DNA of 63,927 nt, the filler included, from Piptocephalis cylindrospora (Eukaryota), in NCBI GenBank assembly GCA_003614145.1. It is 10 parts of 10 records of this genome, joined end to end, with 100 filler letters (N's around TTAATTAATTAA, not from the genome) between each part and the next. Parts side by side here need not be neighbours in the genome. Positions count along the whole stretch, not along the records: positions 19,403 to 25,750 come from KZ988295.1; positions 25,851 to 32,194 come from KZ988296.1; positions 32,295 to 38,615 come from KZ988297.1; 7 more parts are not named here. The stretch is one strand, 5' to 3'. A program made the translations under genes and the position numbers. Below are positions 24,518-37,563 of the stretch, in pieces. How positions within the stretch are numbered: position 1 is the first letter of the stretch; every line of letters starts with the position of its first letter. Under the pieces are notes generated by a model, which saw only the letters and a list, made by a program, of their open reading frames with translations, was not told where the DNA came from and made no database searches.

Positions 24518-25750
24518 TCAAGCTCTTGATCGTTTACGTCGGCCCACTCGAGTGAGGATGCGAAGGAGGTCGATGGGATCAATCTTAGCCCCAGGCACAG
24601 GGGTCCGAGCATGGGCACCCTGGATCACACTGGCAGCGACATGTTCCCCCGACTGGGTGATCCGCTCGGCCGCCCGAACCGATTGACCCAGAGAGGGTAG
24701 GGTCCAGGAGGAGGGGTCTTCGTCAAGACCCACTTCATTTTCCGGGGAGTACAACTGAGAAAGAGAATCTAGAGTGGCCTGGTCCTCCTTGTCCAGGATA
24801 ATATTGCTATATCCCTCTTCCTTCATATCCAGGCGCTCCTGTCTTTCAAGCTCCTCCTCCCTTTGCCTTAATTCACCCAACCAAAGTGCCTCCTCCTTCT
24901 GAAGGTCCTTTAGGTCTCCCATCAACCTATGTCGCTTTTCTTCGTTGGCGACATTTTCTGGATGAGGTTTTCGTTTTCGTTTTATTTCCGTTGTGGTAGG
25001 CTAAGGTCAAGAGAGGGAGGAGGAGGAGGATTAGAGGGAGTCCATGATGAAAAAAAAGACACGGAAGGCCCAGGAAGAAGAAGACTTACGGAACGCTCGT
25101 ACCAGGAAGTATCGATAGTGTTGGAAGATAAACCGTGTAGAACATCCTCAATAGCCTCTTTGCCTACTCAGTGATAAGAAGAGGGGTGAGTAGGTTATGA
25201 ATGGATTATTCTTTCCCCCGTTCCATTAACGGTTCCTTACCCATGGCAAAAATATCGGGGGAAGAGCCCTCGAGCTGATCCAGGGCCTTTCGCCCACACC
25301 ATGCAAGGAGATGACGCATCCGAACAGGATCAGGCAGATCGGCCTCAATGTGTCGATAGTACTTTTGGACCGGGACATCCTCATGGGGTTGAGAGATGAA
25401 ACCTTGGATGGAGCTAGTCCTTTTGCCCCGTCGGGTCAATGAGGCCCTACGGGGCCCAGGTTGGGAGGGGGGAGCAGTCTGACGCATCTGACGATTCCTC
25501 TGGATAATGGGGGTTTCTGAGGTGGGTAAAGGGACAAGGGCATCCCGGGAAGAGATGGGTGATTTGGCCCGACTTCTCCGGAACCTCGGGGATGGGGTGT
25601 GAGGATGATCAGGATGGGTATTGCTGGAAGTATCCTCATCCGATAGTTCAATCCGAGGTCTCCTGGCCCTTCCACGTGCGTCTGATTCGGTAATATCTGC
25701 AAGAGGATTATCAGCAGGAGGGTGGGCCGGAGGATCGGTCCGGAAGGATA
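24518..25750 (-). CDS. DSN1: Kinetochore Mis12-complex subunit Dsn1/Mis13, 5'-truncated
   Basis: RRASLTRRGKRTSSI, PHEDVP..KYYRHIEADLPDPVRMRHLLAWC, KPHPENVAN and DPIDLLRIL motifs; two GT-AG introns. Confidence 0.88.
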
Positions 25751-25850
25751 NNNNNNNNNNNNNNNNNNNNNNNNNNNNNNNNNNNNNNNNNNNNTTAATT
25801 AATTAANNNNNNNNNNNNNNNNNNNNNNNNNNNNNNNNNNNNNNNNNNNN

Positions 25851-26332
25851 GCAATAGAGATCCCAATCCGATTCTATGAGCATAGGAGGACGGGACACCT
25901 GGAGGAGGAGGGTGAATGTGTCAGTAAAGGTAAGTGATATCTTCTAGGGCATGAATAGCCTCCCTCCTTGAAAAATCACTCACCTCCCCAATTACGACAT
26001 ATCAGATACGCTTGAAGGTAAGGCGTTACACAGACGACCAAGAGAATCATAAGACCAATGAACCCCTTCCAGCAATACCACCGAAGGTCCCGATCCAAGG
26101 CATCGCCAATCTCGAGAATGACCAGCTCAAAAAGCCCGCACGAAAGGGAGAAGACAAGGGAAAAGGTAAGTTCGACGACACGCGCAGCGGTACGAGCATC
26201 GAGGTTTGTAAGGGAGTAGTTCTGCAAGAGCTTCTTGGCCACAAAGACCTGGCCAATGGCAAAAAAGATGGCCAGAGAGGCCAGGACAATGGCGACGTCA
26301 GTGACCAGGTTCGCCAGGGAAGATGTGGTCAT
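25851..26332 (-). CDS. Golgi pH regulator / GPR89 family, N-terminal fragment
   Basis: TM segments with FSLVFSLSCGLFELVILEIGD...RWYCWK. Confidence 0.85.
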
Positions 26333-27325
26333 GGTGGCTGGGGACTGGAGGGAGGGAAGGACGTGCGCGCGTTGGATCGGAGGGAGCAATGAGGGAATGT
26401 GAGAGGAGAGGCAAAGGGGAAGTGATCTAATGGTCTCTCACGGTTGAGTGTTGTTATTGTAAGGTGCGTTTCAACAACGATTTCTCTGGGAAGCCTACGC
26501 AGGTACCAACATGGATGATTGAGAGGAGGCGGACTAAGAAAGGAATGGGCGGAGTATCTGACCTACTTATTGTGATATGCCAAAGTACTTGGTTTGCCTA
26601 ATGCAGTATGTGATGCCGGTATCTGGTCTACGCACTAGAGTATAATACACTATGTGGCCGTTAAAGAGGCTGATAAAATCAGAGAGCCTTGGAGCTGTAT
26701 TAAGGAGAATCAGGGCATAGTCATTCTGATGACTTCACGTGTGGGTAACAGAGGAATCCCATTCTAGACAGGATCAGCCTCTATGAGAAGAGTGGCACGT
26801 GTATCCAACAATTAGCACTTTTTACTTTATCAAGCACGATGCATGATGATGTGAAGCGAATAATTCACTAAAATGAGCGGCAATTCAATTTTTGAACCAC
26901 AGAGAACCGAAGAGTGGCCGTGGGCATACGCGGGTCCTCGCTTTCGGTCAACATGATCAACCGAGAAGAGAAAAGGCCTTGTCGCTAGCCCAATGCCCCC
27001 TCCCTTTATCTTCCTTCTCATCCTTACTTTCTCGGTTCACTTACTCTAGCTTCTTCAAGCAGCCCCAACCTCAAGCACGGTCCGAGTACGCTTTTCTCCT
27101 CCCCCCTTCCCCCCCCCTGAAAGGCTCTATTTGTGTTATCTCCAAGCCCCGACGTTTTTTTGGAGCGCGTGAGCATCCTGAATTCTTTTCTACTCCCCAC
27201 AGTCGTGAATTATCCTTCCCTCTTTCCTCCCGCTCTGACCCAGGTTTGATGAGTTTATCGGCCTAAACGCCAGCTACCTGTCCTTCTTTTCTTTTTCTTA
27301 CCTCGATTTTTCACTATACCTTACG

Positions 27326-28400
<1,075 letters not shown>

Positions 28401-28437
28401 TTAAAGGTCTATGGGACGTACGAAAGGCCTAGCGGGT

Positions 28438-28489
28438 TTAGTGGGTTAGTGGGTTAGTGGGTTAGTGGGTTAGTGAATTAGTGAATTAG
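28438..28489 (+). repeat. Octamer tandem repeat (TTAGTGGG)4(TTAGTGAA)2
   Basis: Read directly, ~40 bp after the PCT1 stop. Confidence 0.9.
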
Positions 28490-28917
28490 GCCTTGCATGA
28501 ATGAATGGAATAGGAACATGAGGCGAAAGTAAGAAGAGGAAGTTAGTAGGTTTCGGGAAATACCCATGAATATGTGTTGTTTACCCCAAGGACGTTTTCT
28601 GAATGCACCCTGATTTCTTTTGCCCTGCTAATGGACTTGGATTTGGAGGTGCGCAAATCATTGAACTCTACGCCTGACTGACCGAGGAACATGATGGAAA
28701 TGGTAAATTCTAAATACTCTCCTGTGCGGAGTGCTAATAAGCCCCATACAACGATCTGATCACTCCGCATTGCTACCTCATCACTCGTCCACAGAACACC
28801 TTTCCACCAGCACCACCGGGATGTGTTGATACACCGACTACACAGGTCCCACAGAATGCACACGGCAGGGTGTCAAGATGATCCTGTCATGTCTCTTCCG
28901 CTTCCTCCAACATTTCC

Positions 28918-30244
28918 ATGTCCTCTAAATCCAAGGTCACGAGAATCAATCAAGCCATCTGTGAAAAGAACCTAGACCGCCTTTGCGCTCTGGGACAGAC
29001 TAAAGAGGGCTTTGTGAACGACGGGCTTCGTCGCCTTGTGTGGCCTTTGCTGCTACACGGCCCTACTACAGCAACGGCTAAGCCCATATCCCGGACGAAG
29101 CATGCTGATGAGGACCAGCTAGCCCTAGACGTCCACCGAAGTTCCCTTCCAGTGTCTCGCAGTAAGACTCATCTGCCCTGTCCCATTCCGCATTCAAACC
29201 CCAGCTCACCAAAGATCACCTTTCCTCAGACCAAGGAAAACGACACAGGCAGAGAGAAAAGTCAGATATTAGCGTGGTAGCTACCCAAGTCCTCCGTGCT
29301 AATCCAGATCTACATTATTACCAGGTCAGGGTTCATGCTTTCGCCCTCCTTCGCATAATCACAATCATGTGAATCGACCTTTCCTCACCACCCCTGACCC
29401 TCCCACCCTAGGGATTCCATGATGTGTGTGCCACCTTGGCCTCGGTTCTGGGTGTATCTGATGGCATTTTGGCCGCCGAAACCATTGGAAACTATCATCT
29501 TCGATAAGTCTCCCTTTCCCCTCCCCATCTCATCTCAACCTACAGTCTGATCCTCCCTTTCCCGTTAGTACAGATGCGATGGAAAAGGACTTGGAAAAGG
29601 TTACGGCCAATCTGGATCTGCTCTACCCACTTATCCGACAACAGGATCCTAAAGTGGCTGCCTTTCTCCTTGAAAGTGGAACCCCTCCATACTTTGCTTT
29701 GAGCTGGGTCATCACCTGGTTTTCCCATGACATTGATCGGCCTGCATCTATCGTCCGGCTCTTTGATCTCTTCATTAGCTCCCATCCTTTTATGCCTCTC
29801 TATCTCTCGGCTGCGGTAAGCTCTTCCTTTCTCTGCTCCCTATTTTCACTCACAGCTCGTCACGATGGATTTTAGGTGGTCATGCACCATCGACAAGAAC
29901 TCCTGGACTCAGAATGCGATTATCCAACCCTACATACCCTCCTAACTCATTCAGTCAAGGGCGCCGTGTCAGAGGAGGTCATTGACCATGCCGTCACCAT
30001 GATTCATCAGATCCCCCCATCCCTTCTGCAGGATATTGCCTCTGGAAAAATCACGACCCAATCCCCAGTCTCTCGCCTCACCTCATACGTACGCTTTCTC
30101 GGTCCACGGCTCTCCAGGGTCCTTCGATCTCGGTCCTCGCATATCTTCGGGTCCTCCGTCCTCCTTCTCCTTCTCGCTTGGGCCCTCCGACCCTCCCTCC
30201 TCTCCTTTCTCGTCACCCATCCCACTGGATCCTCTTCAACATGA
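28918..30244 (+). CDS. GYP8: Rab GAP Gyp8/TBC1D20; exons 28918-29161, 29230-29324, 29412-29503, 29572-29815, 29876-30244
   Basis: GFVNDGLRRLVWP, DEDQLALDVHRS, LHYYQ^GFHDV, HLR^DAM, YFALSWVITWFSHD, RLFDLF, PLYLSAA; C-terminal TM anchor. Confidence 0.92.
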
Positions 30245-30537
30245 CCTATACATGCGCCTTTACGGTTCAATTCCATCACCCTGTCACGTGAAATTCTGTA
30301 ATGTTCAATAGAGGCTCAGTGCGTTGAAATGAATGTGTGTGTGTGTGTGTGTGTGTAGACTCTCCAATGCAATAAGAAACAGGAATGGCTTCTTCACATA
30401 ACCCTAGAGCAGTGACCCTAGAATAGCGTCATACTCCAAGAAGAGAGTGGGTAAAAATTAAAGGTGTAATAAGCAAATATTCCCTTCCAGACCAAAGACA
30501 AGAGTTGTTTCATCCTCAAGAAGAAAAAACCCTTGAT

Positions 30538-32110
30538 CTAAACATCATCGTACAAGCAGCATTTGTCCTCTCGGAGAGAGTAGAGCCAGATGGCTGGACC
30601 CGTGGAGGAGAATTTGACCACAGCCTTTTCCAGATCTCCGAGAAGTTCTCGCTGAGGCCCCGTCAGTCCTGGATCACCTGACACATGAAAGGGAAGGGAT
30701 CAGGAGAAGGTAAGTGGATCAGAGTCCAAGTTAACACACGTTTTTCCGCATATCCACTTACTCTTTCGAATGGATTCGAGTGACCCGAGTCCCCGGTAAG
30801 CCAAGTTTCGAAGCGTACTCCACGGCAAGTCCACAGCCAGAACGTGGGCACGCACCCCCGATAAACTTCCAATAACTCGACCCAAGGCCGCCAAGGCTAA
30901 TCGCAATGCAAGGAGAAGTAAATAAGCGGTGAGTAAATATAGCCTGCTTCTTATCTCCCAAAAAGAAGACGACATAAAATACGCACCTTTGTCTGTGAGG
31001 AATTGTCTTTGACGGTGTTTAGCCTTTCCTCGAGTAGTTTGTTGCGTAAACCGAGCCATGTCCCCGACAACCGTTACACGGACCTGCTGGGAGCCGGAGG
31101 ACCCTACATTTCCAGGGCCCGAGATAGACCAACCTCCCCCACCACTTCCTCCCCCTCCCATCTCACCCCCACCAATTCCTGTGGAGCCATTAGAGTCGTA
31201 ATGAACAGGAGTAAGGCCAGGGGCAGACCCTATAAGAGCATCTACTCCTCCACCACCACCTCCTCCCCCTACATTGGGTCCAGCAGGGGCATGATCCCCG
31301 CCGCCTGCATGCTCTCCGCGATGAGTTCCTCCATGATGATAGTGATGATACTCTTGTGGAAAAAACGCCTCGCCATGATCCCCAAGCCAGTCTACCAACT
31401 CCACCTCCCTCACCTCTTCTTCCGTTCCTTTTCGACCCACTGCTCTAACTTTCACCATCCTCCCGCCCTCTTCCTTGTCCTTCCTGGCCCCTCCAACACT
31501 TCGATGTCTCGGAATGACCAACCAACCAATCCCTCGTTCCTTACACCATCCCAGAACAGTTTCCACTGTCAAAGGCTGATCCAATAGAGCCATCTCCCTT
31601 TCCTCTTCTTCATAGAGTAAATCTGCATAATATCCTGCCATCCAGAGGGATCGAGCAATTCTGATCCGAGATTCTAACAAATCGGATCCAAATCCCGCGA
31701 TAAACACTCGATCCTATCATGAATTGGGTACACAGCTGGGGTTAGAGGGAGCCGCTTTTTTTGTTAGACGAGAAAGTATAACTTACACTAGCCTTGGTGA
31801 AAAAGGGAGCATCTGCCAATTCCAGTTCCCCTACAGCCCCCACGCCTCCCATTCCACCACTACCCATACCCTTCTTCATGCTTAGGTTTAGAGTAGATTT
31901 GTAGAGCAGGACCAGCTTGGAGATAGAAATGTGCACCCCAACACCACCTAGTCGTTGCTGCTTTCCAGGAATACGCAGCTTTCGGATCAATGGGTCATAC
32001 CTGAGAGGAAAATAGGGAGAAATCAACAAAGCGAAGGAAGGCGCCAACCAATCCCTAGGAAAAAGAGCTCTGCTCATTTGATAGAGCTCACCCCATCCTA
32101 AAACACCATC
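30538..32110 (-). CDS. GCN2: eIF2-alpha kinase Gcn2, C-terminal fragment (end of HisRS-like region, anticodon-binding domain, CTD)
   Basis: RYDPLIRKLR...GVGVHI; RIRIARSLWMAGYYADLLYE; GIGWLVI; VKVR; VLAVDLP; spliced stop at 30538. Confidence 0.82.
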
Positions 32111-33489
32111 ACCCCCCTCTCTCTCTCTCTCTCTCTCCATTCCTACCCAAGTCTGCCTTTTACGCTGGGAAGCCTGTTGTTGAGTTCATGGACGNNNNNN
32201 NNNNNNNNNNNNNNNNNNNNNNNNNNNNNNNNNNNNNNTTAATTAATTAANNNNNNNNNNNNNNNNNNNNNNNNNNNNNNNNNNNNNNNNNNNNGGTGCC
32301 TTAATAATAATAATATGGACCAAAGGGATTACTATTGGAAAGGATAGATCTTCCATAACCATATAAGGAGCTCCCATCCTATCCTTGAACGTCGGCCATT
32401 CCCTTCTCCCGCCCCTTCCCCATTGAGTCGATAGTCTTTCAGTAAGAACCCTGCTATTACATAGCTCCAAGGAACAATCCTCCCTGCAGTCCCAATCTGT
32501 CTGTTAGGCCTCTGTCTTGCCCTGCGTCTCCTTTTTCCCAAGGTCAAATTATAGCCCATCTAATAGGTTCAGAAGATATTCATCCTACCTTAGAAGTAGT
32601 TAGCACACATAGTATATTGGCTGTGAAGCGTGACTTTCCCCACTTCAGTAAACAACCTATTCATCTCTCTCTTCCCCTCATTTAGCCAAAAGAGATCTGG
32701 CCAAAAAAGTAGGATATCCATATAAGGAGTCCGAGACGACTTCCACGCTAATTGGTCCAAACGTCACCCCTCTTCCTTTTGGGCCACCTTACATGTTGTA
32801 TTGTCTTGGCAACATATGATCTTCTATCGTGTGAATCAACACCGGATCCACCATCAATCCGGCTTCTCGATCTGCTCCGATCCCAAAGGCAGGGATCATG
32901 GCTTTGGAAAGGGGGGCTGTTCTCCCCCACCGGATAAAGAATACCAAATCCTTCCAAATAAACAATAAATTAGATATTTCCCTTGCTAGAGTAAAGTCGC
33001 AAGAAGAATGTGGCTCTCTCAGAAGGCTTTACTCAGAGCGGCTTGCCATCATTCGGTTTGTAAGGTGGATCAAACGCCTCTACGACCTTCTCACACCGCT
33101 CTTGAAAAGTCATCTCCTAGGATCGAAATCGGGTTTACGTCCGGCCACTTAGAAAATGCCGAGCCCAAAGCCCACGCAATTGTATCCTATTTTTTCTTAA
33201 ATGCTGGGCGTAGGATCTGAAGAGGAAGCATATCCTAGGACCCTTCTCAAAAACCGGCCATAAACGCTCTCCTCGCCTATGCAAATGGGATCGGGGCAAG
33301 GCCATCACGACTTGGCATCATCATATCACCACATCCTTAATACAGATAGTAAATGTGAATGGCTCTTTCTCTCCCACTCTGATGGTGACATGCATCTCTT
33401 TCATGGAGAACATGTATTCCAAGCCTTCTTTTCCTTCCCCACCAAGTCGCCCATCACCGTCCATACCAGAAGACATTAGGAGCACCCAC

Positions 33490-35123
33490 TCATTTACTCT
33501 TGGATGCTCCAACCTTCCTTCCCATCTTCTTGCCTCCTCCCTTCTTACTCCCGCCCTTTCCTTCCCCTCCCTTACGAGTCCGCCCACCGCCGCTTGATTC
33601 CTTCCGAAGCTTCTTGGCCACATACCCCTGCCTCTCCGCCCTCTCACCTTCAAACTTGCCTCCACTTTCTTCGAATTGACCCCGTTTCCTCTGTATCAAG
33701 GAAGCGGCGTAAGTCATGAAATCCGCTCATCCTCTCCCTCCCTCTCCATCTCCCTCTTCCCTCATTACTCACCTTTCTCCTCTCGGCAGGGTGCATGGAG
33801 GTGTCTTTGCCGGTCTCGACAGCCTTCTGGGCTAATTTTCTCTCGGAGGAGGTGGCAACACGTAAGGCCCGCTTCCCAAGGCGCATTCCGTTCATCTGAA
33901 GGGCCAGATGGACGGCCGGTCGGTCTGAAAAGAGAACATACCCAAAGCCCTTGCCTAAATTGGTCTGCTTATCCCGAATCACTCGCACATTCACAATCTG
34001 CCCACAGCCCTCAAAGTGCTTCCACACCGCCTCCTCCTCCACGTCAAATGCCAGGTTCCCCACAAAGACTGATCGACGATGGTCGACCTGACCCTTCTCC
34101 ACGCTCTTCTTTTCGGCCCGATCCACCCTCAAGTGCTTCTCCAGGAACAGCGTGCCATTCTTTGCCTTGACCGCCGCCTTGACCGCTGCCTTTTCCTTGT
34201 AGACAATGTACACGTTTAGCACATCCCTCTCATTGTGAATGCGCTTTTGCGTATAGGCTACCTTTCGGGGCATCGGTTCTGGAAGAGCCTGTACACACAA
34301 AAAAGGATGAGTGTGGGGTGGAAAAGGAAGGGAAAGGGGGGGAGGGGGGGCAGTTTCGCGCGTCATGACCAGACACTGTACTTACAATGGATCGGAAACG
34401 AAGACTCTCAATCTCCCCATGTTCCCGGAAAAGGGCCTTGAAAAGTTTAAATTCGGCCTATCGTAGAGGAGGAGGGGGGAGAGGTGAATTAAGAGAAACT
34501 CATTACAAATAGAATAAGGCATCCTCTACCTTTTCCAAGCAAGCCACAGGGACATTTCCAACAAAAAGGGTCCGAGCATTCTTGGTGGGATCCTCGGGCC
34601 CACGCTCGGGCTTCCCACTACGGGGCTTCCTGGCCAGGGCCTTTCTTCCCTTGGCTGCTACTAGTTCATCCTCGGCTTCGAGCTCCTCGTCCTCCCCATC
34701 CGCCGCCTCTCCTCGCTGCCGACGCCGACGGTGCCTAATGGTCTCCTCAATGGAGGTAACCCCGGAAAGTAAGGATTCATGGACCAAGGTGGAAGGATCA
34801 AATGAGTCACCCTCATCCCCTGCACTGATCCGCTGAGATTTTGTCTTTTTAGCCTTAGACTTGGGCGTCTTGGTCTGGGCTGGAGGTGGGACTGCGACGG
34901 TCTAGAGTTGCAAAGGACATGGGGGGAAAGGGTCATTATGATTGATTAGATGGCTCCTACCCTCATCCAACAGCCAAGTCGATCTTCTTTCGCTTACCGG
35001 CTCGGGGGAGGGGGGAGCCGGAGCATCCGTGGCACCAAACAATTTGGCCAAATCAGATTGCACAGCCTGGCCCGAGTCTGTCTGTCCAAACAAAGAGGAA
35101 AGGTTGGTGGATGGAGGGCTCAT
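33490..35123 (-). CDS. NOP12: Nucleolar two-RRM protein Nop12/RBM34, 5 exons
   Basis: RTLFVGNVP, GEIESLRFRSI, NVYIVY, EKHLRVD, RSVFVGNLAFD, VRVIRDKQTNLGKGFGYV, FEGERA. Confidence 0.92.
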
Positions 35124-35471
35124 CTCGGTGGGTGGGTGGGAGGGGGGAAGGCGAAAGATGTGGATGAAGATAGGATGGAACACAGTTTAGTTTCCTCTTG
35201 ATACGACAATGGTCCTAATTGATTACCCAAAAGAAAAGTAGAGTCTATCAGCCCCAAGGATGTGTTAATGATTCAAGAGACTCACCCCTCCATGCTGTGT
35301 GCCCACAAGCCAGCTTCAACAACACTCTCACTTTCACTGCAACTGTAGAGGAAAAAAGAAAAAAAAGTACAGCCATCCCAAACACATCCCCAGGTCTGCT
35401 TACTGTCTCATTCTAAAATAAATTCGCAAATTCAACTATATTTGATCGCGCTCCTGAAATAGGGAGGGATA

Positions 35472-35651
35472 TAAAGTGTGGCAGGGATGTTTACTACTCC
35501 AAAAAAAATGTTTACTACTACTACTGCTACTACTAAAGTGTGGCAGGGATATCTTAGTAGTAAACCTAGGATTGTAATTACATTCATCTAAAATGTGGCA
35601 GATTTATTCCCAGTACATTTCACTATTTACTGCTACTAAAGTGTGGCAGGG
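35472..35651 (+). promoter_or_regulatory. Array of four TAAAGTGTGGCAG(GG) motifs in the NOP12/POP8-like divergent promoter
   Basis: Copies start at 35472, 35534, 35589 (variant) and 35637, interleaved with TACTAC-rich tracts; function inferred. Confidence 0.5.
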
Positions 35652-35741
35652 TCAACTCTAGTTACGATCAACTAGCAACAACAATCTTTGGGCAAGGTAT
35701 TATCTTCCCTTTTCCTGCCCACCCCTCCCCCCGCTACAAAC

Positions 35742-36101
35742 ATGCCCCCTTCGAGTCAGGTGTGCATCCGTCCTTCCTGGAGGTATCTACTTGTTCAGAT
35801 AGAGCAAGGAGAGGCTAGGACGCCGACCCACTTGGAGCCCCTCTTGTGCCGCCACCTCATCTCCATGGCCCTGGAACGTATGTATGGACTGGTCGGGTCG
35901 GCCATCCCAGTGGACATTCTTCGGGAATCCGATGCTCAGGGCCTCATCGTCCTTCGGTGCCCTGCTGGCCATGAAACCCAGCTCCGAACAGCCTTAAGTC
36001 TCTTTACTTCGGATCCCTTGGGGCCCTCCAGGCTCCAATGCGGCCTGTTCCTTCATGGTGTTTACTCTACGGCCCGAGATATAATTCTCCCTTCTCCCTG
36101 A
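35742..36101 (+). CDS. RNase P/MRP subunit, Pop8/Rpp14/Pop5 fold
   Basis: WRYLLVQI...LISMALERMYGLVGSAIPVDIL...IVLRCP...LRTALS. Confidence 0.72.
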   Translation: MPPSSQVCIRPSWRYLLVQIEQGEARTPTHLEPLLCRHLISMALERMYGLVGSAIPVDILRESDAQGLIVLRCPAGHETQLRTALSLFTSDPLGPSRLQCGLFLHGVYSTARDIILPSP

Positions 36102-37105
36102 GGGTAAGGACGATGGACACGTAATGTATTCTTTTGCTTGACAATGACCCCAGTCCCGATTGGATGATGGAAGTGGGAAAACGAGAGGTATCCAAGACAC
36201 GTGCATCAGGTACGATTAGACAAGCCAGCTGGCCCAAACGCGGATAGAAGGGTCAATATGACCAGAGTGTGTACATGATCCTTTAAAACCCATAGATAGA
36301 AAACCCATGTTTTTTTGGGGCTTTCACACTATGTGAACTAACTTAACCACTGCAGATTTCCCAGAAAATTACATCTTTCGGCGAGAAGGCATAAGACCCG
36401 AATGCTACGCCCTTCCCCAGAGACAAAGGCGCATGGTATCATAGATGCCGAGGTCTACGGGGTTGTCGAAAGAGTTATGACGGGCATCACGGATCTATTC
36501 ACCTTCCGCCGTCTCGTGGTGTTGATGGTACAGAAGCATCCTCTCCCTGATGTCAGGAAGCTCCGCACATACCATCCTTTAAAACCCATAGGGCCGACCA
36601 TGTCCCCAGGCTCGGTCATTTTTTATTGAATTTCCCCAGCCTCTAGTCATTTTTCATTCCTTTTTGTCACCTTGCTCCCTCCATAATATGCACAGACGGC
36701 ACAACAATGAGGCCTGACATCTGCCCTCGCGCAGTAGCACGCGTCGCACCAGATAGCCTCTCCACCAGGAGAAAAGGATGCCTGTACTCTACATGTGTGG
36801 GTGTGCGTATATATCAAGGCGGCAGGAGAAGGTGGTAATGGACCCATACAAAGCTCCTTCATCCCTCTCTCAGTCACACCTACTAATGCTGCCCTCCTGC
36901 ACCCCCTCTTTCTACATACGCGCCCACACACATCTCACTACGATGACGAGAAACTGAGTGAAAGACGCCGAAAGTGAATCAGAAGACGCACACAAAAACA
37001 CCCATCCAGCCACTCCTCCTCACCATCGCGCCACACCACCTTTCTCTCTCTTTCTTCCCTCTCCACTCCCACACATTGCCCTTCTCCCCCTCCTCTTCCT
37101 CCACC

Positions 37106-37524
37106 ATGTCCTTCAATCCCTGCCGTGTCTACGTCGGACGTCTTCCTTTTGACGTCCGTCCCTCGGATGTGGAAAGACTCTTTGATCGGTACGGTCGTAT
37201 CGTTGACATCGATCTCAAGAATGGATATGGCTTCGTCGAATTCCGTGATCCTCGTGATGCCGAGGATGCCTGCAGGGACAACGACGGTCGTGACTTTATG
37301 GGCTCCCGTCTCATCGTCGAGCCCACCAAGGGCGACCGTCGTGGTCGTGCTGCCGGTGGCTCCCGCTTTGAACCCCCCATGCGTTCCCGGTACCGGGTCG
37401 TTGTGGAGAATTTGGCCCGTGGCCTCTCCTGGCAGGTGAGGATTTCCTAGGGACCCCGTTGATGCCCTCCGTCTTTTCTATTTCCCTCCCTGTGTCTCCC
37501 TTCCTTGTGTGATATCCACTTCTC

Positions 37525-37563
<39 letters not shown>

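Noticed and set aside
32295..33450. Possible gene or pseudogene downstream of NOP12
   Set aside because: Only short ORFs on either strand, with no recognisable motif or consistent splice model
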